This document shows, one piece after another, positions 48,808 through 59,887 of a stretch of 64,000 nt of DNA (positions are counted from its first letter, which is position 1; each line of letters opens with the position of its first letter). This DNA is from Octopus sinensis (Eukaryota), in assembly GCF_006345805.1 (NCBI RefSeq), contig NC_043018.1, positions 10,540,001-10,604,000 of the forward strand. The letters run 5' to 3'. The notes under the pieces are model-generated. The model was given only the letters and a program-made list of their open reading frames with translations, did not search any database and was not told where the DNA came from. A program made the position numbers and the translations under genes.

Positions 48808-49241
48808 GCTTGTTTTTTTTTCCCCATCATTGCATGCTTTTCGTATGCAAGCCGGGTGGGGCTCGCTCGGAGTACTTGAATTTATGCCTTACACATGACA
48901 ACTAATAACGAAGCCTTGATGAGACAACAATTTCTATAGAACTCAACCCCAGCAATGAGTTTGACAAACATCTATCGGCTGTTTATCTTATGCTTTATCT
49001 TTTACTTGTTTCAGTCGTTAGATTGAGGCCATGTAAAAAAGGCGGTGCCCCAGCATGGCCTCAATCTAAGATAAACAGCTAATAGATGTTTGTCAAACTC
49101 ATTGTTGGGGTTATTAAGTTCTATAGAAATTGTTGTCTCATCACGACTTCGTTATTAGTTGTCATGTGTAAGGCATAAATTAGATTGCTCCGAGCGGTTT
49201 GCATACGAAAAGCATGGAATGATGGAAAAAGAAAAACAAGC
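48808..49241. repeat. ~430-bp foldback
   Basis: Arms 48808-48990 and 49067-49241, plus an inner 15-bp inverted repeat TAGATTGAGGCCATG/CATGGCCTCAATCTA. Confidence 0.88.
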
Positions 49242-49744
49242 ATTTTACAATGAGGCAAGGTCCGGGTTCAATCACTGTGTCCATCATTGATTGTATATGG
49301 GTGTGTGGGTAATAAACTCATTTTGCAATCGGGTTCAATCTCACTGCATGCCACCTTGGCTGAGTTTCTTGTATGTATGTATGTTGAGAAACCAGTGTTG
49401 GTTTGTTTGTGTCACATTTTGGCAAAAAAAAAAAGGCTGATAGAATAAGTATCAGTTGAGTACTGGGGGTCGATGTAATCGACTTGGCCCCTCTCCCAGA
49501 ATTTCAGGCCTTGTGCCTATAGTAAAAAGGATTACTGGTCGTTGTGTAATTTAGAAATGGTCCTAATATTTATTTTGTCTTGAAGTGATCTTCGTTGCAA
49601 TAATTTATTGTAACATATTGCTGTCTACAGATGGGAATCAGAAGTATTGTTGTATGCCAAACCATTTTCCTGCAGCCCTGATCCGTGTGATGGGTGACTG
49701 TTACATTGTCTGCGTTAGGAGAAAGAGCTTGTTTGCATATCATT

Positions 49745-50020
49745 ATCATTTCACGTCCATTTTTCCATGCTGGCATGGGTTGGACGGTTTGACAGGGGCT
49801 GGCTAGGCAGAAGACTGCTCCAGGCCTCACTGTCTGTTTTGGCAGGGTTTTTACAGCTGGATGCCCTTCCTAATGCCAACCACACCACAGAGTGGACTGA
49901 GTGCTTTTTACATGGCACCAGCACAGGGGAGGTCAGTTTTGGCATGGTATTTCACAGCTGGGTGCCCTTCCAAGCGCCAACCACTTCATAGTGTGGACTG
50001 GATACATTTTATGTGGCACC
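49745..50020 (-). mobile_element. RTE-related 3' terminus
   Basis: Same family as 1738-2050. Confidence 0.7.
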
Positions 50021-50561
50021 AGCTCTTGTATCGAATAGTAAAATCTTTCAGTTAATCTCGCTACGAGGTACTTCTTGATTAGGATATTCAGGAGCTCCAT
50101 GCTGCGATGAGCTGAGGTACGGGTTCAATCATTGTGACCATCATTGATTGTATATGGCTGTGTGGGTAATAAACACATTTTGCAATCGGGTTCAATCTCA
50201 CTGCATGCCACCTTGGGTGAGTTTCTTGTATGTATGTATGTTGAGAAACCAGTGTTGGTTTGGTTATGTCACATTTTGGAAAAAAGGCTGATAGAATAAG
50301 TACCAGATTTCAAAAAATAAAAGTACTGTGGTCAGTGTGTTTGACCAAACTCTTTGAGGCAACGGCCCAGCGTGGCCACATTTCATTGACTGAAACAATT
50401 AAAAAAAAAATTCAAAGATGTATATAATCCAGTTGCCACGTACAGGGTAGCACCTACATTGCTAGAAATAAGAGCTAAAAGCTCTTATAGCCACAAGAAG
50501 CACATTTATGCACTGATAGGGGAGACAAGTAGTTGTCTCCCCTGTTGGTACATAAGGCTAT

Positions 50562-50960
50562 ACTCTCTTTTACACTCTTTTACTTGTTTCAGTCATTTGA
50601 CTGCGGCCATGCTGGAGCACTGCCTTCAGTCGAGCAAATCGACCCCAGGACTTGATCTTTGTAAACCTAGTACTTATTCTATCGGTCTCTTTTGCTGAAC
50701 CGCTAAGTGACGGGGATGTAAACACACCAGCATCGGTTGTCAAGCGATGTTGGGGGGACAAACACACAGACATATATACATATATATATATATAACCGAC
50801 GGGCTTCTTTCAGTTTCCGTCTACCAAATCCACTCACAAGGCTTTTGTCGGCCCGAGGCTATAAAAGAAGACACTTACCCAAGGTGCCACGCAGTGGGAC
50901 TGAACCCGGAACCATGTGGTTGGTAAGCAAGCTACTTACCACACAGCCACTCCTGTGCCT
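50562..50960 (-). mobile_element. SINE family A, full length
   Basis: Close to the family consensus. Confidence 0.88.
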
Positions 50961-51365
50961 ATAAGGGCTTTTAGTTCTTATTTCTAGCAATGTAGGTGCT
51001 ACTCTCTCCCTTCATTTACAATTAGTGGCAAATGGATTTTTCCTTTTTGGTTTTATATTGTTTAATCCCCAGGGGTAATCCCTGGTTGAGCAGCGTTCTA
51101 ATCAAAAGCGTTTCAGCCATGACCATCCATTTTATTTAGGACTTGGTAGGACTACATTATCTAATGTGTTCCTTCCAAATGCAAGCCAGTATGTGTGATG
51201 TGGCTGTTGTTTCTAGCAGGTTGAATGACTACAAAGAGGCTTCCACATTGGCATCACTTTGTCAGCCAGGACTGTTGTGGTGGAGAGATCAGTTAGCTTA
51301 TTGGATCATTCAAAAGCACAGAAATCACCAACTAGGATATTTCCTGATCATATATCTATGACCAG

Positions 51366-51590
51366 TGGAGGCGCATGGCTTAGTGGGTAAGGTTGTGGTT
51401 TCGATTCCTGGACCGGGCGATGCATTGTGTTTTTGAGCAAAACCCTTCATTTTCACGTTGCTCCAGTCCACTCAGCTGGCGAAAATGAGTGATCCTGCGA
51501 TGGACCGGCGTCCTGTCCAGGTGGGGAATTTCTACGCCACTAAAACTGGGAAACCGGCCATTATGAGCCTGACATGGCTTGAGAACGAAC
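51366..51590 (+). mobile_element. tRNA-headed SINE family C
   Basis: GGAGGCGCATGGCTTAGTGG...GGTTTCGATTCC head; CCAGTCCACTCAGCTGG...GCGATGGACCGGCGTCCTGTCCAGG body; related copies at 18340-18485, 56140-56370 (-) and 58830-59040 (-). Confidence 0.75.
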
Positions 51591-51649
51591 ATTTTTTTTA
51601 TATATCTATGACCTGTATTGACTATTATTGATGAAAAATATGATTGGCA

Positions 51650-52050
51650 ACAGTTGTCACTGTCATAACCAGTAGCAACTACATCATAACCAATAGTGAC
51701 TATGTCATAACTTATAGTTGCTATGTCATAACAAGTAGATACCAGACCATAACCAATGGTTGCTATGTCATAACAAGTAGCTGTTATGTCAACCAGTGGT
51801 TGTTGTGTGATACTCAATAATGTAGCTACTAAGTCGTCACCAGTAGCTACTCCGTATATCATATGGTAACCACTTATGACATCACAACTCTTGGTTATGA
51901 TGTAGTAAGATAGTATTTATTATTGCTGGTTCGTCTTGTAGCTTATTACTGGTCATATGTTGGTTGTGTTACGACCTGGTGGCAACAAGCGATGACAGTG
52001 TATGTTATTTATCATTTCTGGTTATGTCAGTGAAAGCTATTGTTAATCAT
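51650..52050. repeat. Diverged 21-bp minisatellite with an inverted second half
   Basis: Units like GTTGCTATGTCATAACCAGTA; ACTACATCATAACC is repeated as its reverse complement GGTTATGATGTAGT near 51893. Confidence 0.65.
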
Positions 52051-52089
52051 ATCTCACATGAATCCTAGCTACGGCAGATCATAGATATC

Positions 52090-52440
52090 AACATCATCAT
52101 CGTTTAACATTCACTTTCCATGCTAGCATGGGTTGGACGGTTCGACTGGGGTCTGGGAAGCCAGGAGGCTGCACCAGGCCCAGTCTGATCTGGCAATGTT
52201 TCTACAGCTGGATGCCCTTCCTAAAGCCAACCACTCTGTGAGTGTAGTGGGTGCTTTTTACGTGCCAGACGAGGCTGGCAACAGCCAAGATCGGTTGGTG
52301 CTTTTTACGTGCCACCAGCATGGAGGCCAGTCGGAGCGGCGCTGGCAACGACCATGTTCGGATTATTCTTTTATGTGCCACCGGCACTGGTACCACAACT
52401 ACAAATTCCATTGATTTTTGAGTGATTTCGATTCCGATTT
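52090..52440 (-). mobile_element. RTE-related 3' terminus
   Basis: Same family; includes the AAATC-like stretch. Confidence 0.75.
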
Positions 52441-52659
52441 CAACGGCTTCAGACTCCTCAGTAAACATATTTTGTGTATATCTCTTCCTCTTACCTACAA
52501 CTGAAAGTGTATGTTCAATAAAGATATTTTCTTGCCAAAAAACATTGTTTTGTGTGTATTTGTTAAATTTCTTTGAAAAAGATCATTTGATGTTCATTAA
52601 TTTCTCATATAGTCACAAAGTTACACTATTTTGTAATGGCAGTGGGGTTATAGGTCACC

Positions 52660-52890
52660 GGTTGAGCTGGCAGAAACGTTAGCACACCGGGCGAAATGCG
52701 TAGCCGTATTTCGTCTGCCGTTACGTTCTGAGTTCAAATTCCGCCGAGGTCGACTTTGCCTTTCATCCTTTCGGGGTCAATAAATTAAGTACCAGTTACG
52801 CACTGGGGTCGATGTAATCGAGTTAATCCATTTGTCTGTCCTTGTTTGTCCTCTCTGTGTGTAGCCCCTTGTGGGTAGTAAAGAAACAGG
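52660..52890 (+). mobile_element. SINE family B
   Basis: GAGCTGGCAGAAACGTTAGC head, GAGTTCAAATTCC B-box, and a GCCTTTCATCCTTTCGGGGTC..AGTACC segment resembling the Nin/Deu SINE domain; more pieces at 54395-54950. Confidence 0.8.
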
Positions 52891-55029
52891 TATTTTATTT
52901 GATGACAGTTGTTTTTTTTTTGGTTTTTTTCCAACAAATTTTTGAAAAATACCAGCCCAATTCCTATCTACAAAGCTGGGACTTTACTCCATGCTAGAAC
53001 CTTTCCTGCCAAAAAGAATGTTTGTTTATTCACATAGTTTAGAACCAAGTATACGTTATTTCGTAGCTTTGAGATTTTGATGAGGTAACTGCTAATTCTT
53101 AGAATGATATTGTGGGGTTGGTGTGAGAGGCCAGACCTGGCTGATTTCAACATAAAACTTGTAAGACAATTTGGCCGGATATGGCCGATTTAACCATTTT
53201 TTCCTGATTATGTGTGACTGAAATTAGGGGACGTCTAATATCTTTGTGCATCTTTTATGCCATCAAATGGAGTAATTATATTCTACCACTTTCCCTGGGG
53301 TTATTTTATTAACCCTGGAAGAATAAAAGGTAAAAGTGTAACACAAATTGAATGCAATTCTTTCATCCTTTTATTTATTTGCCATTTGACTGTGGCCATG
53401 CTGGAGCATCGCCTTAAGTGGTTTCGCTCGATGAACTCGCCCCCGGCACTTATTCTTTGTAAGCTTAGTACTTATTCTGTTGGTCTATTTTGCCGAATTG
53501 TTAAGTTACGGGGACATAAACACACCGACATCGGTTGTCAAGCGATGGCAGGGGGGTGGAGGACAAATACACACACACACACACACTAGTTTAGTAATGA
53601 GAAAGTTAATATACTTCGTTATTTTCAAAATTAATTGGCTGAAGCAACCCAGAATACTTCAACATAAACGGGGGACAAAAGGTTTGACAATGTGTAAAGT
53701 TGATTTCAGTTTTACGAAGTAATCACACGATATGTAAGGGAGATAACTCTTCGTCTCTTGATATTGCGTGCGAGCCGTCTGGTGACACGGGTAGAAATAT
53801 ATGAAACCCAATATACCCATCATGACTACCAGTCTGATAAGGGTACACCAAGCACAGGCATTGCAACCATATGTGCACGACATGGTGATCTTGTATCAAG
53901 ATAAACAGCGCATGACCTTGCAGGTGGGGCCCAGTTAGAATTTTCTTCAGGTTGAGTAGCCCATCCCACTCAAAAGATCCCTGAATAAGGGTTGTTTAAG
54001 GATGTTGAAAGAACCACCCATGTTTCCAGAGGTGAATTATCCAAACCCCAAAGAATCCTTCTCAACACATGGCTATGATGCTCCCCCACTACTTCTGCTC
54101 ATGATCAGAGATGCACATATCGTCAACCACTAAGGGACATGCTCAACTGGTTACGGTCAAACAACTGACAAGCAAATCTGTGGTATTGAGCAGAATATTT
54201 GCTGTTAGCCCATCTTTTATACCAAGACAAAACAATGTACATGATAACACTTCCAATCAGTTGAGATCAGAAGCCATGAGAGCCACTATTTTGTACTTCA
54301 TCAGAGCATTTATTATTATTATCATCATCATCAAAAGAAAAATAATTATTACAATTATCGTTGGAAGATAATTATTTTGATTTTAATTAATCAGCGAGCT
54401 GTCAGAATCGTCGACACGCCAGACAAAGTGCTTAACAGCGTATTGTCCGTCTTTGTGTTCTGAGTTCAAATTCGGTCATGGTTGACTTTGTATTTAGTCC
54501 TTTCAGGGTTGATAAAAATAAGTACCAGTTGATTACTAGGGTCGATGTAATCGATTTACCCCTGCCCCAGTAATTGCTGGCCTTGTGCCAAAATTTGAAA
54601 TCATTATTATTATTATTCGACCCTTCCCAGGGCGGCGAGCTGGCAGAATCATTAGCACGACGGGCGAATTGCTTGGCGGCATTTCGTCCGTCCTTACGTT
54701 CTGAGGTCAACTTTGCCTTTCATCCTTTTGGGGTCGATAAATTAAGTACCAGTTACGCACTGTCCTCTCTGTGTTTAGCCCCTTGTGGGTAGTAAAGAAA
54801 TAGGTATTTCGTCTGCCGTTACGTTCTGGGTTAAAATTCCGCCGATGTCGACTTTGCCTTTCATCCTTTCGGGTCGATAAATTAAGTACCAGTTATGCAC
54901 TGGGGTTGATGTAATCGACTTACCCAACCACTAAGATTTCAGGACTTGTGTCTATAATAGAAAGGGTTGTATATATGTGTGTGTAAGGGCAGATGTCTAT
55001 TAAAATAACACTTCAGTGTGACTCTGATA

Positions 55030-55495
55030 AAATACAGGTGAGATATAATTACTACCTGAGTATGAGGTGTATCACCACTAATGAAATACAGGTGAGAGAT
55101 AATTACTACCTGAGTGTATGGTGTGTAACGTTAATAAAATATAGGTAACATAATTAACTATAGTGTGAATGTGTGACAGTAATAACATCCAGGTGAGATA
55201 TGTCACTCATAATATACAGGTGAGATATAATTACCACTTGACTGTATGGTGTGTAACACTAACAAAATGCAGGTAAGATAACTGCTGTCTGTGACAGGAA
55301 TAACGTAATGGCATGTTGCAGGTGAGATGTGGGACTGCAATAACATACAAGGGAGATAATTACTACTTAAACGTTGTGTTTAACATTAATAACATACAGG
55401 TGAGTGATAGGTAAGTAGCACTAAAGAAATACAGGTGAAAAATAATTTACGTCTGAAGGTGGAGTGTGTTGCTGATGAAATACAGGTGAGAGATA
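55030..55495. repeat. Diverged ~50-bp tandem array with a conserved AATACAGGTGAGAT core
   Basis: About 12 (C/T)AGGTRA cores, many at 48-54-bp spacing. Confidence 0.8.
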
Positions 55496-56619
55496 AACAT
55501 GCGTGAAAACTCTTCCCAGTGCGAACCAACGGGGGGGTCTCGGTTGGAAAACCATTCGCTCTACTAAACGACCCCAATGGTAGTTCCTGATACATAAAAC
55601 GATGGAATGGCTTTTCATTGCCAGGGCTTAAACTACAGCCAGAATTTAGGCACTCCTCTCCACCACCCCGCCCACCCGTGATTCCTATTTTGCTCAATTG
55701 GGCCCTCGGCCATTTGACGTTTGAAAATGCTATTATATCTTCGTAATGAAATATTAGAATTTTATTTTTAAAAAATATAAAATAAAATATTTTGTGTCTG
55801 TCCAATAAACTGGTTATGTATCGTAGAATTATAAACCAGCTTCGTTTTGGTATTTGGTTTGCAAGATTCTTTATGTGAATTCGTGTGTTGAAAAAACTTT
55901 TGTTGTGTCTAGGGAGAGTCATTATGCCAATATAACAGTCGGATATATAATAAATGAGTGGAATTGAACCAGTGCGTGTGTGTTAATTATATTGGTATAA
56001 TGAACCTCCCTAGATATAACCAGTTTATTGGACCTAGATTTTAATAACGAAATCTTATGTGGATCAGTTTAGAATCACTGATTTCGATGAAGATATCCTG
56101 CCTCAAGCTTAGAAACGGCAGCGATGGCGCTGGTAGCAAATAGGGTCTTGATTCCTGGAACACTTCGGGAACCGGTTTCCATGGCGTGTAAGTGACCAAA
56201 ACCACAATATTCCGTGTGGATGGGAAGCCAGTGTCCCGTCGCAGGGTCTTGCCCGCTAAGTGGACCGAAGCAACGTGAATTGAAGTGTTTTGCTCAAGAA
56301 TACAACGCACCACCCGGTCCAAGGATCGAAACCACGATCTCTCTGTTGTGAGTGCAACACCCTAACCACTAGGCCACGGAAAAAACAAAACCAGGCCAAA
56401 ATGTTTTGCGGTATTTGTTCTGCCTCGGGAGGTCAGCGTTGCCTTTCATTCCCCCCCACTCCTCCCTCTCTTCCGGAGGTCGCTAAAATAAAGTACCAGT
56501 AAAGTCCTGGGGTCAGTGTAATCGTTTAAACGCCTGCCTACAAAACTTACTGGCTTCGTGCCTAAATCTGAAACATTTATTAAGAACGGTGGATTGAAAC
56601 AGTCGTTAGAGAGACAAGC

Positions 56620-56886
56620 TCTTCAATATCCTCCCGAAGAACCTGAGAGACCTGCATGGGGTGGATGCAGATGTCTTTAAAATAAAGCTGGACCTCTTCC
56701 TGTCAGGTGTCCCGGATGAACCAACTTCACGGCAGGAGGTGCAGATGAGGGCAGCTGCATCGAACTCTCTCATGCACCAAATGGCAATTGCTAAAAAGCA
56801 TTCGTGAAGTAAAATCATGTAGCAACACCGAATGGCGGTGCCCCAGCATGGCCACAGCTCGTGAGCTGAAACTAAATAAAGATAAA
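56620..56886 (+). mobile_element. CR1/L2-group LINE 3' end, copy 2
   Basis: Nearly identical to 17646-17905; flanked by 33-35-bp direct repeats. Confidence 0.85.
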
Positions 56887-56949
56887 AACGGTGGATTGGA
56901 ACAGTGGTTAGAGACAAGCACAATGCTTTGCTGTATTTCATCAAGATTC

Positions 56950-58100
56950 TTCACGTTCTGAGTTCAAATCCCGTCGAGCTCAACTTTGTTTTCCATCTCT
57001 CCGGGGTTGATTAAATAAAATACCAGTCTCTTCCTAAGCACTGGAGTTCATCTGCCGATGGAGGCTAACGACAAGGCAGCGAGTTGGCAGAAACGTTAGC
57101 ACGCCGGTCTTAGCGATATTTCATCTGCCGCTACGTTCTGAGTTTAAATTCCGCCGAGGTCGGTTTTGCCTTTCATCCTTCCGGGGTCGAAAAATTAAGT
57201 ACCAGTTACGCATTGGGGTCGATATAATCGACTTAATCCCTTTGTCTGTCCTTGTTTGTCCTCTCTGTGTTTAGCTCCTTGTGGGTAGTAAAGAAGTAGG
57301 TATTTCGTCTGTCTTTACGTCCGGAGTTCAAATTATGCCGAGGTCGACTTTGCCTTTCATCCTTTCGGGGTCGATAAATTAAGTACCAGTTGCGCACTGG
57401 GTTGGATATAATCGACTTAATCCGTTTGTCTGTCCTCTCTGTGTTTAGCCCCTTGTGGGTAGTAAAGAAATAGGTATTTCGTCTGCCGTTACGTTCTGAG
57501 TTCAAATTCCGCCGAGGTCGACTTTGCCTTTCATCCTTTCGGGATCGATAAATTAAGAACCAGTTGCGTACTGGTTCGATCTAATCGATTAGCCCCCACC
57601 CCCAAAATTTCGGGCCTAATGCCTAAAGTAGAAAAGGATGTAGACGAATAACGTATAAACAAAGTTACCTCCCTTGATCGCTCAGTCGTAGCAAATCAAT
57701 CGTTTATCACGGACGACGGAGCTGGTCGAACTGCTACGGCGCCGGGCGAAATGCTTAGCGGCATTTCGTCTGTCCTTACGGTCTGAGTTCAAACTTCGCC
57801 GAGGTCGACTTTTCCTTTCATCCTTTCGGGGTTGATAAATTAAGTAGCAGTGAAACACTGGGGTCGATCTAATCGACTATTCCCTTCCCCCAGATTTCAG
57901 GCTTTATGCCTTTTAGAAAAATAGATTATTACGGGCGGCGAGGTGGTAGAATTGTTACCGCGCCGGGGGAAACTACTTAGCAGTATTTCTTCGGACTTTA
58001 CGCTCTGAGTTCAAATGCTGCCGAAGTTGACCTTACCTTTCATCCTTTCTGGGTCGATATAACAAGTACCAGTCCAGCACTGGGGTCGATGTAATCGACT
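56950..58100 (+). mobile_element. Head-to-tail cluster of SINE family B
   Basis: About six same-orientation copies, three directly concatenated at 57070-57600. Confidence 0.8.
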
Positions 58101-58103
58101 ATC

Positions 58104-58512
58104 GGATCTTTTCGGTTTGAACGGCAGATTTTTTCTAGCGGTGTCATATGAATTTGTCACCCATAATTATGACCCTAGTATCGATCTATTGCATTGCAAT
58201 CTGTTTTAGGGTTAGGGTTAGGGGTGGGGGGAAGAGTATTTTTTTCTTCACAAATGTAAATAAACCCAATCTGTTTCTTAAGCGAGGGACATATTCATAC
58301 GGCACATAATGTTTTTTACCTCAATAGACGTCAGTGATTGGTTGAAATTGCAGAAATTGAAGAAAAAAAACAACAAATAAACTATAGAATTTTCTCAATA
58401 AAGCCAAGAGAAAAAGATGTTTTATAAACACATTCTACCAGTATACGAAGTTTAAAATTTTTTAGTTACCTAGAAATTATGTTAAAAACTGCCGTTCAAA
58501 CCGAAAAGATCC
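58104..58512 (+). mobile_element. MITE copy 3
   Basis: Perfect 8-bp TSD CGACTATC (58096-58103, 58513-58520); interrupts a SINE B copy. Confidence 0.9.
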
Positions 58513-59119
58513 CGACTATCACCTTCCTCCAAAATTTCAGGTCTCCTCCCTATTATAGAAAGGATTATCACAGCACGCAAACATACACACACGTCTCTCG
58601 CCATTTATGCTTCTTTTCCTTCTACACACATCTCTCTCTTCCTCTACACACATTTTTTTCCTGCACAGCACATTTCTCATGCAATATATATATAGTCCCC
58701 TGCTTCTGGGTCTCTTTCTATTTGTTAACCACATGACTTTGTAGATCAGGAACTACCATTGTTGCCTCGTGTATTCTCTAATGGCTCTGCCACTCCTCAC
58801 ACATTTTCATCTGTATGTATTGTTACACACACACATCACATCACAAAAAGAAAGTCCAGATGGCCTTCCTAAGCAATGGGCTCATGAGTCCGGTTTCCAG
58901 GATTACCCGTTTTCGCCAGCTGAGACCCGAAAGGAAATGTTTTGCTTAAAAGCACATCGCGTCGCCCGGTCCAGGAATCGAAAAACGACAGTGTTAACAT
59001 CATGAATACAACACCCTGACCAATAAGCCACGCACCATGGGCAGGTGTCTTCCCCACTACCTGCACCATGGACAAATGTCTTCTACTATAGCCTCGGAAA
59101 CTGAAAGAAGCTCGTCGTG

Positions 59120-59167
<48 letters not shown>

Positions 59168-59408
59168 GTGTGTGTGTGTGTGTGTGTGGTGTGTGTGTGT
59201 GTGTGTGTGTTGTATGTATATATATCTGTAAATGTAATATGTGACAAGTATTCGGTAGCCATTACATTTACAGATAAATTCCTCTATTTACATAATATCG
59301 AGGTCTCTTTCATTTTTTTGTTATCTTACCATTTTTATCAATATATACATATGTGACTCACAAATGTAAAACAGAAGGAAAAAATAATGAAAACAAAGTC
59401 TTCGGTTA

Positions 59409-59468
59409 GTTACGGACGCGTTTCTGGATTAGAATTATAAATCAATTCATTTCCTTCTTCGGCGCAAC
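59409..59468 (-). ncRNA. Type I hammerhead relic (U4>C)
   Basis: Minus: GTTGCG-CCGAAGA-AGGA..GAATT/AATTC..TCCA-GAAA-CGC-GTC-CGTAAC; palindromic ACGCGT stem III; 6-bp helix I. Confidence 0.65.
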
Positions 59469-59825
59469 ATTCCATTAAATAGATTTTGCAAATGCTGTAC
59501 ATACCTCCAGCTTCCCGAACTAGCGTCATCGGAGATAGTAGGAGATAGCCAGCTTGGGTCAAATCCATAGAGACGAATGAATTCGTACTTACGTAATGGT
59601 GTATATATATATATAATGCATTTGGCTTAGTTTTTCTTTGGGGCTGGCCGGATCGGAGCGATAAGTCGAGATTAAACAGCCGAAATTGCTAAGATGATCC
59701 GGTTCCCGACTGAAGATTAGAGGCTTCGAGTAACCCGTCTGTTTGTTTTTTTTGTGTCGTCTCTTTGTGTGTTTTTGCGTTCTTATCCCACTTTGTAATT
59801 TATAATTTATATTTAATTTCTATAC

Positions 59826-59873
<48 letters not shown>

Positions 59874-59887
59874 CGTCTGTAAAACAT

